Source: an uncultured archaeon (GTDB lineage: Archaea; Asgardarchaeota; Lokiarchaeia; Sigyniarchaeales; SOKP01). From it: DNA of 64,000 nt. The stretch spans positions 1 through 64,000 of the forward strand of contig CAYLZE010000006.1 of the NCBI GenBank assembly GCA_964388035.1. The letters are read 5' to 3'. Of this stretch, positions 29,550 through 39,946 are shown piece by piece (the first letter of the stretch is position 1; every line of letters begins with the position of its first letter). The notes under the pieces were generated by a model. The model had not been told where the DNA came from and did no database searches. It worked only from the letters and a program-made list of their open reading frames with translations. The position numbers and the translations under genes were made by a program.

Positions 29550-29717
29550 TCTCGATTCGCTTTTAATAATCTCTTTAGATAATTTATATTTACATGAGGA
29601 AGTAATTTATTTTTATGTATAAATCACAAAATTAATTTTGAATAGTTATTTTTATAGTGTACTATTTGATGTATTTATTGTTATTCCTTTGATTCAACTT
29701 TTTTTAGGGTAAAAATC

Positions 29718-30332
29718 ATGACTGCAAAGAAGAAGGAGGTGTGTCCTTATTGTGGAAAAGCATTCACCCATTTATCTCGTCATAAATGCAAGATTAAGGA
29801 AAGAGTCGAGGGTTCCGAGGAAGAAAAATCCCAATCCGAAAGAAGGATTGAAATAATTGAAGAAAAAAAGAAGCAAATCTCCCGAACGCTTAAGAAGGAT
29901 GAACAAAAAGTACTAGACGTTATTAATAGTCAGAAAGAGATCATGTTCGATGATTTAATTGAAAAGCTAGGAATGCGCCGGTACCAAGTAGAAAATATTT
30001 TGGACTTGTTAGCAATGCGTTCTTTGATTAAAATAAACCGAGAACTTATTGACAGTTCATGGACTAAACACATTTTTGCCGTAGAACATTTTGAAGATGA
30101 GATAGACGTCCCCGAGCAAAAAATTGATATGGAACGGAAAGATTTCGTTTTGAACATGTTTGGGAGGCAACCTTGTTTTATTTGTCCATATACGGATAAA
30201 TGCAGCGAAATTACGGTGGAAATTTATAATCCGCAAATTTGTCCCTGGCTTTCAAATTGGATTTTGGAATCTTTAGAAGGAAAGGAATATAACGTGGATT
30301 TTGAACAATATCTAGAAGAATCAAGAGATTAA
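29718..30332 (+). CDS. TFEbeta / RNA polymerase III RPC34-like protein with N-terminal zinc finger
   Basis: Central winged-HTH-like segment; C-terminal PCFICP...C...P..CPWL..W Fe-S motif; N-terminal CPYC..H..RHKC. Confidence 0.7.
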   Translation: MTAKKKEVCPYCGKAFTHLSRHKCKIKERVEGSEEEKSQSERRIEIIEEKKKQISRTLKKDEQKVLDVINSQKEIMFDDLIEKLGMRRYQVENILDLLAMRSLIKINRELIDSSWTKHIFAVEHFEDEIDVPEQKIDMERKDFVLNMFGRQPCFICPYTDKCSEITVEIYNPQICPWLSNWILESLEGKEYNVDFEQYLEESRD

Positions 30333-30509
30333 GATTCAGATTAGAACGTGATCTTTTAGGATTTATTTTGAGTTAAAGACGGCTTTTTTTTAAAATGCAT
30401 ATCAAGTTGCGTGAAGAGTTTATTTAAAGCCATTTTTATTGGCGGAGTGTTTTATCCATGAATGTTAACACTCACGACAATTTTTAATACTATATTAAAA
30501 CCTCTCGGA

Positions 30510-31148
30510 TTAATTCTTACAAATCAAATAAATTTCATTGCTTCCTTTTTTAGAAGATCTTGGTTTGAATGATTGTACCCATTTGAATCCTTTTTTTATT
30601 GCAGCAAAGAATTCTTGAAAATCCGCTCCTTGGAACAACTTTATTACAAGGATCCCATTTTTTTTTAGGAGATTCTTGGATAATGCGATAATTTGTTCAC
30701 ATAATCGAATCTGCCTGATACAATCGCTGAAAGCATTACCAATTTTTTTTATAGCGGCATCGGAGAGAATTACATCCAGATTATCCTGAAAGTAAGAGCG
30801 TATTTCAGATTCAAGGGATGGATCGGTGATATCGATCTTGAGCGTCTTTACATTTTCTATGGGGGACACCTTTTTAACATCTACTCCCATGATTTTATAA
30901 TGATCCCGATGATAATATTGGTCACTATATTTAATCAGGTTTTCTTCTGCCAGATTTTTTGCAATTTGAAGCCAAGATCCCGGTGCAGAGCCTAAATCTA
31001 AAATATAAAACGCTCTCTTAAAGATATTAAAACGTTTTTGGATATCTAAGAGCTTGTAAGCCGATCTAGCTCGATAATTTTCTTGCCTTGCTTTTCTATA
31101 ATAATATTCTTTTTTATGCTTTTTTTGGTAATCCTTCACATAGAGCAC
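30510..31148 (-). CDS. rlmE: 23S rRNA 2'-O-methyltransferase RlmE/FtsJ
   Basis: YRARSAYKL, LDLGSAPGSW; K-D-K-E tetrad present. Confidence 0.93.
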   Translation of the reverse strand: MLYVKDYQKKHKKEYYYRKARQENYRARSAYKLLDIQKRFNIFKRAFYILDLGSAPGSWLQIAKNLAEENLIKYSDQYYHRDHYKIMGVDVKKVSPIENVKTLKIDITDPSLESEIRSYFQDNLDVILSDAAIKKIGNAFSDCIRQIRLCEQIIALSKNLLKKNGILVIKLFQGADFQEFFAAIKKGFKWVQSFKPRSSKKGSNEIYLICKN

Positions 31149-31150
31149 CG

Positions 31151-32374
31151 CTAAATTAATTCCGTTAACATTTTTCTCAAATCCTCATGAGCCATGGTTG
31201 TCTTAAAAGATACAAAGTCAAATTGCGTTCTTGTTGCTTGATACCCCTTGGAACGAATTGCTTCAATTACTTTTTCCATTTTCGGTACTTTAGAAAGATG
31301 TAATTTTTGACATAATTTGTGCAAGTTGTTGTAATAGGGGGGCATTCCAAGTTCATCCTTAGCAATGGTCAATAATTTATTTATTTTTTCTTTATTAACA
31401 TAAGATGTTTCCTTGTTCCTTTTTATCATTGCCGTCAAGAAATTAGTATCATGCAAGTCTCCTGTCCAGAGGGGTCCCGCAAGACTGAATTGGTCATTTC
31501 TCCCGCATAAGGGGCATAAAATGGGGATTTTCAACATATCATTGATAATACTTCGAAAATTACACTTGCAATGCAAAATATATCCATAATTTTTAAAACT
31601 TGCCTGAATCTGCTTTTTATTTTTGACGGTTAAAAGAAAGATACGTATAAAATGGTTGGAATAAAAAGTTAGAAGAGGTATTATGCCTAAATTATTGATA
31701 TTAGCAATTTTGGAAGAAAAGCATACTAAAATTCGGGCTCCGATCTCCTTGCAATATTCAACATGTAAGGGTGTTGCTAAATATTTTCGATAACAGGCTA
31801 AGGGGCGTACTCCAAAAAGGACGGCGGTGTCCGTTGCAGTAATGCACATCAACCCCTTTTCTTTTTTGATTGCTTTAAAAGCAGAGTCAAGGTATCGATT
31901 TGGGGTTCCAAAGGGATCGATAGAAATTACATCAGGAGAAGATTCTTCCTTTTCAGTCATTATGTGTGCTTTTTGATTGAGCTCATTGAAAAGTAGATTG
32001 GCATCCTCATTGGATACGATTATCTCCTTGTCATTCTGAACCAAATCATTCAATCGTAAATTTTCATGAATCATTTGAATTGCTAAGGGATTGATATCAT
32101 TGATGCAGATTTTATGGACATTTTTGCATTCTTTTAAAATCCTTATTGCTCCCACTCCCGACGCTGCCATTGGATCTACCACAAATAAAGAAGAGTTTTC
32201 TAAAATTGAAAAAGCATTAATCGCAAGTGAAGTAATATCTCGATTTATATCCATCTTTTTATTGTAAAAAACCTGCATGGATTTCGATGGAATGGATTGG
32301 AAATCCTGTTCATGAATGAAGAAGAGTGCTTTCCCTTCTTGAACTTTTTTATAGGTATTTTGATTATTCTTCAT
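31151..32374 (-). CDS. trm1: tRNA (guanine26-N2)-dimethyltransferase
   Basis: VFYN..M..NRD, NDIN, IDPFGTP, TATD, GPLWTG. Confidence 0.94.
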   Translation of the reverse strand: MKNNQNTYKKVQEGKALFFIHEQDFQSIPSKSMQVFYNKKMDINRDITSLAINAFSILENSSLFVVDPMAASGVGAIRILKECKNVHKICINDINPLAIQMIHENLRLNDLVQNDKEIIVSNEDANLLFNELNQKAHIMTEKEESSPDVISIDPFGTPNRYLDSAFKAIKKEKGLMCITATDTAVLFGVRPLACYRKYLATPLHVEYCKEIGARILVCFSSKIANINNLGIIPLLTFYSNHFIRIFLLTVKNKKQIQASFKNYGYILHCKCNFRSIINDMLKIPILCPLCGRNDQFSLAGPLWTGDLHDTNFLTAMIKRNKETSYVNKEKINKLLTIAKDELGMPPYYNNLHKLCQKLHLSKVPKMEKVIEAIRSKGYQATRTQFDFVSFKTTMAHEDLRKMLTELI

Positions 32375-33356
32375 TTAATCTGTTGAATAAACGAACTGCT
32401 TTTTCATTTCCTATTAATCCACCACATGTAGTCGAATGAATTTCATTTACATTTTCTTTTTTTAAAGGTTCTATTTCATCCATTTTCTTAATATTATTAC
32501 TAAAGTCAATCAGATAAAAGTCTCCTCCTAACGTTTTTGCCATAAAAGCTAAAGGAAGCCATTCATAGTATAAACGTAATTTCGCTTTTTTCTCTTCAGC
32601 AAAATAGGAATAAATTCCTCCATAAACCAAGATTGCATGAAAATCGCCAACAAAGCTGCCACTATAACGATCTTTAAAATTTTTTGCGATGAGTTCTTGT
32701 TCGTATTTTTTACATTTATTTGACCATTTATCAGCATTTCCTCCCAAGCATCGAATCCCTCCCGTACTCACATTCGGCATTTTTAAAAAATCCAAAAAAA
32801 TGTATTGAAAAAAGGTGATACTATAGGGTGCTTTATCTAAAATAAATTCCGCTACTTTGCCATTTAACGCAATAACTAAATTCGTGAATATTCCATAGAG
32901 AACATAAAAAGAGCAAATAATTTTACCCTCCGCATCCCAAATTCCCACGATGGTCCCGACTGTTCTATTGACTGCCACGTTGGAGGATCCATCGACAGGA
33001 TCGATGGTAATGCCGAAATCACCCTTTCCCAACACGGGAGCAGCTTCTTCTGAAGCAATAAAAGAATATATGGTCTCTCTTTCTTTTAGCGCTTTAAGAA
33101 TTATGGAATGAGTTAGAATATCTTCATGAATTTGTTCTTCGTCATAAATATTAATGGTGCCTGTTTCTGGTTCCTTAATATCCATTCGAAGATGAATTTC
33201 TTTAGAGGTTATCCCTTTTTCAAGCAATCCTCTAATTGGAATTGTTGCTCCCGCAATAATCTCGATTATATTTATTAAATCTCCTCTGTTGGGAAAATAA
33301 TGAGGTACATTCATTTCTAAAAATTGCGATAATTTCATGTATGTAGATTTTTCCAT
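32364..33356 (-). CDS. fbp: fructose-1,6-bisphosphatase class I
   Basis: ASEE, DPVDGSSN, VGTIVGI, RYSGSFVGD.H, KLRLYYE. Confidence 0.88.
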   Translation of the reverse strand: MEKSTYMKLSQFLEMNVPHYFPNRGDLINIIEIIAGATIPIRGLLEKGITSKEIHLRMDIKEPETGTINIYDEEQIHEDILTHSIILKALKERETIYSFIASEEAAPVLGKGDFGITIDPVDGSSNVAVNRTVGTIVGIWDAEGKIICSFYVLYGIFTNLVIALNGKVAEFILDKAPYSITFFQYIFLDFLKMPNVSTGGIRCLGGNADKWSNKCKKYEQELIAKNFKDRYSGSFVGDFHAILVYGGIYSYFAEEKKAKLRLYYEWLPLAFMAKTLGGDFYLIDFSNNIKKMDEIEPLKKENVNEIHSTTCGGLIGNEKAVRLFNRLNEE

Positions 33357-33514
33357 CCTATTTCTACATAATGAAAGAAGTGATAAAAATTTTACCCAAG
33401 CTTACTTTTTTTAAAAAAGAGAGATTCTTTGATTAATTCCTCGCATCGAACGCGGAAGGTTCTTTTAAATTTAAATAAGAAATCATGGCAAATCGAGTAA
33501 ATGAACATTCAAAG

Positions 33515-34222
33515 TTAAATGAATCCCCCTTTCGTCATTACCGAAGAAAATCTGATTTCTTGGTTACTTTTTTTATTTTTTAAAAGTAATTGTCTCTTAT
33601 TCATTTCTTTATCCCTTATTAAATGAATGGAATAAGTGATCCAATTTTCCATTACTTTTCGCCCGCTTTGAACTTCCACGGTACTTTGGTTTTGTTGTAT
33701 CTTGCTAATTTCATTAACTATCAAGACGTAGCATTCATATTCTTTATTTAAATAAGCTAAAGTCGCGAGAGATTGATTTAATTGGTAATAAATTTTAATG
33801 TTTTTCTTCTTTGAATCCGGATTCCATTCTAATCGCATTAATTCAGTCAAAGAATCAATTATGATCAAACCTTTAGATCGATTACTTTTAGGTTTCTCAG
33901 ATAAGATTTGAAATTCTAATTTAAAAATTAAATCATATAAAGCATCAAATTTGTCAATCCGAATGAATTTAATGTTTTCCAATATTTTTTTCTTTTTTTC
34001 TTTATCTTCCTTAATAGGAATGAGGGTTGATAATCTAACTAATGGAAAAATGGGTTTACTATAGATATATAATACTTTATATTCTAATCCTGCCATTTGA
34101 AGAGCAGCTTGAAGGGTAAGTGTTGTTTTTCCAACACCAAAATCTCCAAAAATTGAGACTAATCCTTCACAATGTGAATCCAACCCAAAAAACTCGTTTA
34201 TTTTCGAAATAGGAAAAAGCAT
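33515..34222 (-). CDS. RadB/RecA-like ATPase paralogue
   Basis: Walker A GDFGVGKTT, IIIDSL. Confidence 0.75.
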   Translation of the reverse strand: MLFPISKINEFFGLDSHCEGLVSIFGDFGVGKTTLTLQAALQMAGLEYKVLYIYSKPIFPLVRLSTLIPIKEDKEKKKKILENIKFIRIDKFDALYDLIFKLEFQILSEKPKSNRSKGLIIIDSLTELMRLEWNPDSKKKNIKIYYQLNQSLATLAYLNKEYECYVLIVNEISKIQQNQSTVEVQSGRKVMENWITYSIHLIRDKEMNKRQLLLKNKKSNQEIRFSSVMTKGGFI

Positions 34223-34291
34223 GAATATTTTTTATACTATTTTTGAATATAAATCAAAATTTTTAATTTTGAAGAATCCTATTAAGAAATA

Positions 34292-35158
34292 TTGAAGAAA
34301 AAACCTATAAAAAATATTTTCATTTTAACAAGGGATTTAAATTTTTTCTATCAAGCAAATAAAAGCTTGAAAGCTTTAAATATTCCTATAAAAATCCTTA
34401 ATCCTCAAGACAGAATTCCTAATATGGATTGCTTAATTTTGACTACGGTAAAAGAATTTAGAGAAATGTCAAGGATGGCGGAAACAGAGGCTAAATTCAT
34501 TCCTTATGATAAGAGCCAAAGCTTTGAAGAATATCTCGTGAAAATACTAGCTTTTTATAGGGTTGGGTATAAACAATTTTCGGAGGTAACTTTTTCAATA
34601 GATCCGGGAACAAAAAAGATAGGATTAGTGATAATCTTAGATAATTATTTCTTACATTCCCATACATTCTATGAAAAAACTCTCTTGTTGGAAAAAATTA
34701 ACCAATATTATTCTGCTCTTCAAAATGAGAACAAAAATCAATTATTTGTGAGATTTAAATTTGGCATGGGCGTGCTCTCTCTCACTGAGATGTTAGTAGG
34801 AGAAATTTTTGAACTCTTTAAAATTAATCGCAATTTGGAAGTTTTCCTTGTTGATGAATCAAAATCCTCTAAAATTCGCATACCTGATAAAAAAATAAGG
34901 ATATCTAAGCATGAAACTTCAGCTTTAATTTTAGCATTAAGAAAAGGAATACAAATAACTCGTGATGATTATGTATCAATTTTCAAGGCAATTCAAACTA
35001 AAAGGATCAGAAAAAAAGAATCTCATTCGCCTTATATATATGATTTCAATGATCTTAGAGGTGAAATAGGAAATATGGCAAAAAAGATTATAACAGGAGA
35101 ACAATCAATCAGTACGACTTGTAAATTAATAGAAAATTTAAAAGAATCTAAATTTTGA
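34292..35158 (+). CDS. RNase H-fold (YqgF/RuvX-like) domain protein
   Basis: SIDPGTKKIGL, VDESKSS, HETSALILA. Confidence 0.6.
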   Translation: MKKKPIKNIFILTRDLNFFYQANKSLKALNIPIKILNPQDRIPNMDCLILTTVKEFREMSRMAETEAKFIPYDKSQSFEEYLVKILAFYRVGYKQFSEVTFSIDPGTKKIGLVIILDNYFLHSHTFYEKTLLLEKINQYYSALQNENKNQLFVRFKFGMGVLSLTEMLVGEIFELFKINRNLEVFLVDESKSSKIRIPDKKIRISKHETSALILALRKGIQITRDDYVSIFKAIQTKRIRKKESHSPYIYDFNDLRGEIGNMAKKIITGEQSISTTCKLIENLKESKF

Positions 35159-35492
35159 GAAATTAAATAACTATTAAATGAAAAAGTTAAGTGATCCTTG
35201 AGATTCCATTCAAAATCAGCATGCTTTTCTTTTTTATTTTTATATTATTCATTAACAATTTATAAGATGCCTCACGTATTGTTTTTTATTTTTTTGTATT
35301 CATTAAATCTTTATCTCTTGTGTTTTTTTTATAATTATAACGATACCACTTAACAATTTTACTTTTAAATTTTTTTTTCAGAAGTTAAAAAAAATTGTCT
35401 TGCTTAAGGCACAATTAAATAGATTAAGCATGCTATTGGTACCTATGAATTCAAAGATTATTTCTTAAATTTATTAATTAAACGATGATGAA

Positions 35493-36662
35493 ATGAAGAG
35501 AATAAAGACTATTGATGTATTACGGGGAACAAGTATTCTATACATGCTGGTTGGTCATCTTCTAGAATGGTGGATCATTCCAGCAGATTTTTGGGCGTAT
35601 GTTCTTCTAAGAATATTATTTGAACCTATCGGGTCATCAGCTTTTATATTTATTTCAGGTGTGAGCACGTCTATCTCATATCGTAAACGGATGAGAGTGG
35701 CAGACCCTCTGAATATAGGAGAGTTAAAAAAAATAAAGCATGAGTATCTATTTCGTGGATTTCTACTATTCTTGATAGGAATAATATATAATCTTGTAGT
35801 TGCATTGGCTATTGACACGCTCTATGACACGTGGAAATATTTCGTGCTCGTCACTATAGGGCTCGCTCTCATGATTTCTTGGCCCTTGTTAAAGACGTCT
35901 AAATTATTTAGATGTACTCTTGGGATTGCAATATGGGCAAGCGATTATTTTATTTTGGGATTTTTAATGCCATTTCAAGGGCAATCAAATGTATATGGCA
36001 TTTTATTTCATTTTCTATTTAATTCCCTAGATGTGGATCCTCTCCTTTTCTTCTTCACTTTTTTCATCGTAGGGACCGTGATTGGAGACATTTTAGATGA
36101 GAGTTTGAAGGAGGATAGAGCTACTATGAATGAAACTTATATAAAAAATAAACTCCTCCTTCCCTCCTTGCTCTCGGGATCGATTCTTATTGTATTTGGA
36201 ACTTTATTCCAATTTCCCACATTTTTGCAACATCGAACCTTCCCTTGGTTTTTTTATGCGATGGGTGTTATCTTGATTGGTTTTTCGAGCCTTTTAACGT
36301 TGGAAATTTATCATAAGATATATAAAAAGCAGAAAAAAGGCATACTTTTTTATTTTTCTTATTATTCTCTAACGCTTTACTTAGGACATAATGTCTTGTT
36401 CTTTTTATTTCCAGAACAATTAAATTTCGTCAATTATCTACTAATAACAAGTATTATCGTTATACTTCTTGGAATTGCATTGAAATATGCCTATCAAAAA
36501 GTAGGAAATAAAATATCCTTGAAGTATCTGATCAATGTCATGAGTTCAGAATTAGCAAAATTTACCGTGCAATTATCTATTAAAAACGTGGTCAGTACTA
36601 CAATGGATGGGAAAGCCCAAAAAGCTAAAATAATTACTAAATTGCATGACCAAAGAAAATGA
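35493..36662 (+). CDS. membrane acyltransferase, DUF1624/HGSNAT-like
   Basis: RIKTIDVLRG...GH, FIFISGVS, SLTLYLGH; multiple TM helices. Confidence 0.8.
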   Translation: MKRIKTIDVLRGTSILYMLVGHLLEWWIIPADFWAYVLLRILFEPIGSSAFIFISGVSTSISYRKRMRVADPLNIGELKKIKHEYLFRGFLLFLIGIIYNLVVALAIDTLYDTWKYFVLVTIGLALMISWPLLKTSKLFRCTLGIAIWASDYFILGFLMPFQGQSNVYGILFHFLFNSLDVDPLLFFFTFFIVGTVIGDILDESLKEDRATMNETYIKNKLLLPSLLSGSILIVFGTLFQFPTFLQHRTFPWFFYAMGVILIGFSSLLTLEIYHKIYKKQKKGILFYFSYYSLTLYLGHNVLFFLFPEQLNFVNYLLITSIIVILLGIALKYAYQKVGNKISLKYLINVMSSELAKFTVQLSIKNVVSTTMDGKAQKAKIITKLHDQRK

Positions 36663-36684
36663 TGGTAAATTCAGGTGAAGAAAA
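36221..36684 (+). repeat. copy 1 of a ~460-bp degenerate direct repeat
   Basis: Colinear with 37649-38110 over its whole length (e.g. shared caattaaatttcgtcaattatctactaataacaag and ttactaaattgcatgaccaaagaaaatgatggtaa). Confidence 0.9.
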
Positions 36685-36778
36685 TATTTAATGAAGTTGA
36701 AAACTCTTAATTTAGATATAACATTAGAAAATTCCCTCACCTGAAAAATTCTTATTAAATTAAATTATTAGTGATAAC

Positions 36779-37444
36779 ATGGCTGAACAAAATGCATTGG
36801 TAAAATCGGAACAAAATTATATTATAAAAACGCTCTCTTCAACGATCGGTGCGCTTGTCGGTTTTGCTGGAATTGAACATGGCATTTTTGAGACGCTTCA
36901 AGGGAATATCGGGACAAATGGATTTATTATTGATGCCATTGGTCCTGCTCAAGAACTGTGGTCTGGGGCAATGGAACCTGCATTTAGTTTTATTCCGAAT
37001 TTTTTAATTACTGGGATATGTTCTATTTTGATTGGTATTTTTGTCGTGTTTTGGGCGTGTATTTTCATTCAAAAGAAGCATGGAGCTGTAATTATGCTGA
37101 TTCTTTCCATTTTGCTTTTTCTAGTGGGAGGCGGTTCACCTCCAATATTGCTAGGAATTATTTCTGCGGCTCTTGCAACAAGAATTAATAAACCCTTAAC
37201 ATGGTCTCGAACCCATCTAAGCAATAAAACCCTCGCTAAAGGATGGCCGTGGCTTTTCATTTTATTTGTCATTGTTTTTATCTTCATAATAATAGCCGCG
37301 ATTACAGGTTGGCCATTCTTAATATTCATGGATACAAGCAGTTTTACAAATATCTTAGGTCCGATTGGGTACATTTCTGATTTGATTTTGATATTGGCTA
37401 TTATTAGTGGGTTTTCGAGGGAAGTTAATAAATCCGCTTCTTAA
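36779..37444 (+). CDS. multi-TM membrane protein inserted between the repeats
   Basis: GIEHGIFETLQGN, EPAFSFIPNFLITG, LVGGG; about six TM helices. Confidence 0.8.
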   Translation: MAEQNALVKSEQNYIIKTLSSTIGALVGFAGIEHGIFETLQGNIGTNGFIIDAIGPAQELWSGAMEPAFSFIPNFLITGICSILIGIFVVFWACIFIQKKHGAVIMLILSILLFLVGGGSPPILLGIISAALATRINKPLTWSRTHLSNKTLAKGWPWLFILFVIVFIFIIIAAITGWPFLIFMDTSSFTNILGPIGYISDLILILAIISGFSREVNKSAS

Positions 37445-37648
37445 TCGATGACTTAAAGAAAAAAAAAAGGTAGATACAAAATTTTTGATCTTAATTACCC
37501 TTCCCTTTTCTTCGATTCGAACTCTTTTTTTGCACGATCTTTAAGGTTCTAACAAAATCCTGAGTTTTATCCCTCCTTTTTTCCTTCTTTAATCCTTTTT
37601 ATTAAATTTGACTCGATTTTATTATTAATTGCTCTATTATGGGCTTTA

Positions 37649-38089
37649 ATTTTTACACCATCAAACTTTTCCATGGCTTTTTCATGCCATGGGTTGTATC
37701 TTAATTGGTTTTTCGAGCTATTTAACGTTAGAATTATACCATGAGATATATAAAAAGCAAAAAAGAGGAATGTTATTTTATTTCTATTATTAATCTCTAA
37801 CGCTTTACTTAGGACCTAACGTCTTCTTCTTTATTCCTAGGACAATTAAATTTCGTCAATTATCTACTAATAACAAGTTGTAGCATCCTAATTCTTGGAA
37901 TCGCATTGAAATTTGATTATCAAAAATTAGGGAATAAAATGTCTTTGAAATATCTGAACAGTGTCATGAGTTCGGAATTCGCAAAATTTACAATACAATT
38001 ATCCATTAAAAACGCGGTCAGTGGTACAATGGATGGGAAAGCCTTAAAAAGCTAAATTAATTACTAAATTGCATGACCAAAGAAAATGA
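37649..38089 (+). pseudogene. degenerate 3' fragment of the 35493..36662 acyltransferase (repeat copy 2)
   Basis: Same sequence as copy 1 but with an in-frame TAA (tat taa tct) and indels. Confidence 0.85.
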
Positions 38090-39467
38090 TGGTAATTCAA
38101 GTGAAGGAAAATTGCGGCGAGAACTCGGGCTTTCCTCAATAGTTTTCTTTATCTTCGGTTATGTTGTAGGAGCAGGCATTCTCATACAAACGGGAGTCAC
38201 AGCAGGGACTACAGGCCCCTCACTATGGCTCGCATTTATCATTGCTGGAATTCCGAATATTCTTTCGGCGATAATTGTAGCCTATATCGTAAGTGCTTTT
38301 CCAGTATCGGGTGGATCTTGGGTCTATAGTTCTCGTTTGGCATCACCCGCCATTGGATTCATCGTGTTGGCTTCTGTCATCCTTCACATTATTGGAGCTT
38401 TGGCATTATTAGCAGCAGGATTTGGAAAATATTTTGAACTGTTTATCCCAGGGAGCTTATTACCCATGGCAATAGCATCGATCGTAATTTTTTATCTCGT
38501 CAATCTTTTTGGAATTAAATTTGCAAGTTGGGTTCAAATTTTAATGGCTATATGCGGAGATTTCTTAGTAATCTTCATTTTCATCATATTTGGCCTTCCG
38601 CATGTCAATCTTGATTTATTAACAGGAGCTAATTCTGGAGGTCTTTTTCCCACGGGTTTTGTCGGAATCTTTATGGGTGCTGTCATATTAAGTTTTAGTT
38701 ATGCGGGCTTTACTAGTGTCATTGAGATTGGGGGTGAAATTAAAAATCCACGTCGAAACATTCCCATCGGAATCCTCTTAAGTTTTTTTTTAGTTGCAAC
38801 TGTCTACATATTAGTTGCAGTAGTCATGACAGGAAACATGGATTGGCGTACTTTAGGGGCAATCGAGGGAACTTTATCCGATGTAGCAATGACCTTCTTT
38901 CCCATACAAGTTGTATTTATATTAAACATCCTTATATTGATTGCCATTGCCTCAACCATTCATGGAATTCTAATTGCCTTTTCGAGGGATTTATTTTCCG
39001 CAGCACGAGATCGGATCGTTCCTTCTTTTCTTTCAAGATTAAATAAAAAGTATAAAACACCTCATTGGGCACTCACTTTTTTTGTGGTTGGCACGATTAT
39101 TCTATTATTTTTTCAAACGAGCATTATTGACCTGAGCGTGTTATGCAATTTTGCGGTGACTATTCCTGGATTAATCTTGGCATACATCCCACTTAAGTTG
39201 GAGAAGAAGTTCCCCGAGTTGGTTAAAAAATCCCGATTTACAATGAATCGAAAATTAATGGTGGGGATAATTATTTTCAACGTCATGTATAGCTTGTTTG
39301 CAATAGTTGCCATGATTGCTCTGAGCCCTTGGGTAGTCCTTGGAGTTGCAATCTTTTATGCATTTGCTTTGCTTTATTATTTCTTTCGGAAAAGATGGTT
39401 AGATAAGAGAGGAATCGATATCAAAGAAATCTGTAATTCTGTGCCTGAAGAAGCTCTTGAATGTTAA
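38073..39467 (+). CDS. APC family amino acid permease
   Basis: LRRELGL, VGAGI, FPVSGGSWVY, YAGF, EIKNPRRNIP, SR.LFS.ARD; about 12 TM helices. Confidence 0.93.
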   Translation: MTKENDGNSSEGKLRRELGLSSIVFFIFGYVVGAGILIQTGVTAGTTGPSLWLAFIIAGIPNILSAIIVAYIVSAFPVSGGSWVYSSRLASPAIGFIVLASVILHIIGALALLAAGFGKYFELFIPGSLLPMAIASIVIFYLVNLFGIKFASWVQILMAICGDFLVIFIFIIFGLPHVNLDLLTGANSGGLFPTGFVGIFMGAVILSFSYAGFTSVIEIGGEIKNPRRNIPIGILLSFFLVATVYILVAVVMTGNMDWRTLGAIEGTLSDVAMTFFPIQVVFILNILILIAIASTIHGILIAFSRDLFSAARDRIVPSFLSRLNKKYKTPHWALTFFVVGTIILLFFQTSIIDLSVLCNFAVTIPGLILAYIPLKLEKKFPELVKKSRFTMNRKLMVGIIIFNVMYSLFAIVAMIALSPWVVLGVAIFYAFALLYYFFRKRWLDKRGIDIKEICNSVPEEALEC

Positions 39468-39603
39468 ATGCTTTTTTTAATTATTTTTATTTTTTTATTT
39501 TAGTTTTGATAAAGAGGTTTATTTTATCTTTCTCTAAGGAATGTATACGTGCTTCACATTTTTCCCTCAAGAGTTTAAATAGCAAGCTTTATTGCTATTT
39601 ATC

Positions 39604-39894
39604 ATGAATAAAGTTATAAAAGTAGCACTTCTTCTTTTAACTGCAACTCTAATTACCTTCATTTCGGGACTCTTTAACACCACGCCCTTCATGTTAGTGG
39701 GAGCAGAATGGTATGGATTTCCTTTTGCTTGGAGATATATCATAATCTATACAACTTTTATCGTATCCTACAATATTCTTTATTTCTTCCTTGATATCTT
39801 GTTTTGGTTTGCTATCATTTGGTTGATTTTAATCCTCCTGCATTGGATAAAAGTAAGAGAAAAATCCTCTCCCTCCAATTTAACCTCTATATAA
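39604..39894 (+). CDS. small membrane protein
   Basis: Hydrophobic ORF with YGFPFAW and D.LFWF motifs. Confidence 0.65.
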   Translation: MNKVIKVALLLLTATLITFISGLFNTTPFMLVGAEWYGFPFAWRYIIIYTTFIVSYNILYFFLDILFWFAIIWLILILLHWIKVREKSSPSNLTSI

Positions 39895-39946
39895 CTATTA
39901 TATAATCATAAATTAGTTATCATATTATTAATTTGTAATTTTTAAG

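Noticed and set aside
36221-38110. Duplication as an IS element or transposon
   Set aside because: No transposase or terminal inverted repeats; the repeats derive from host coding sequence
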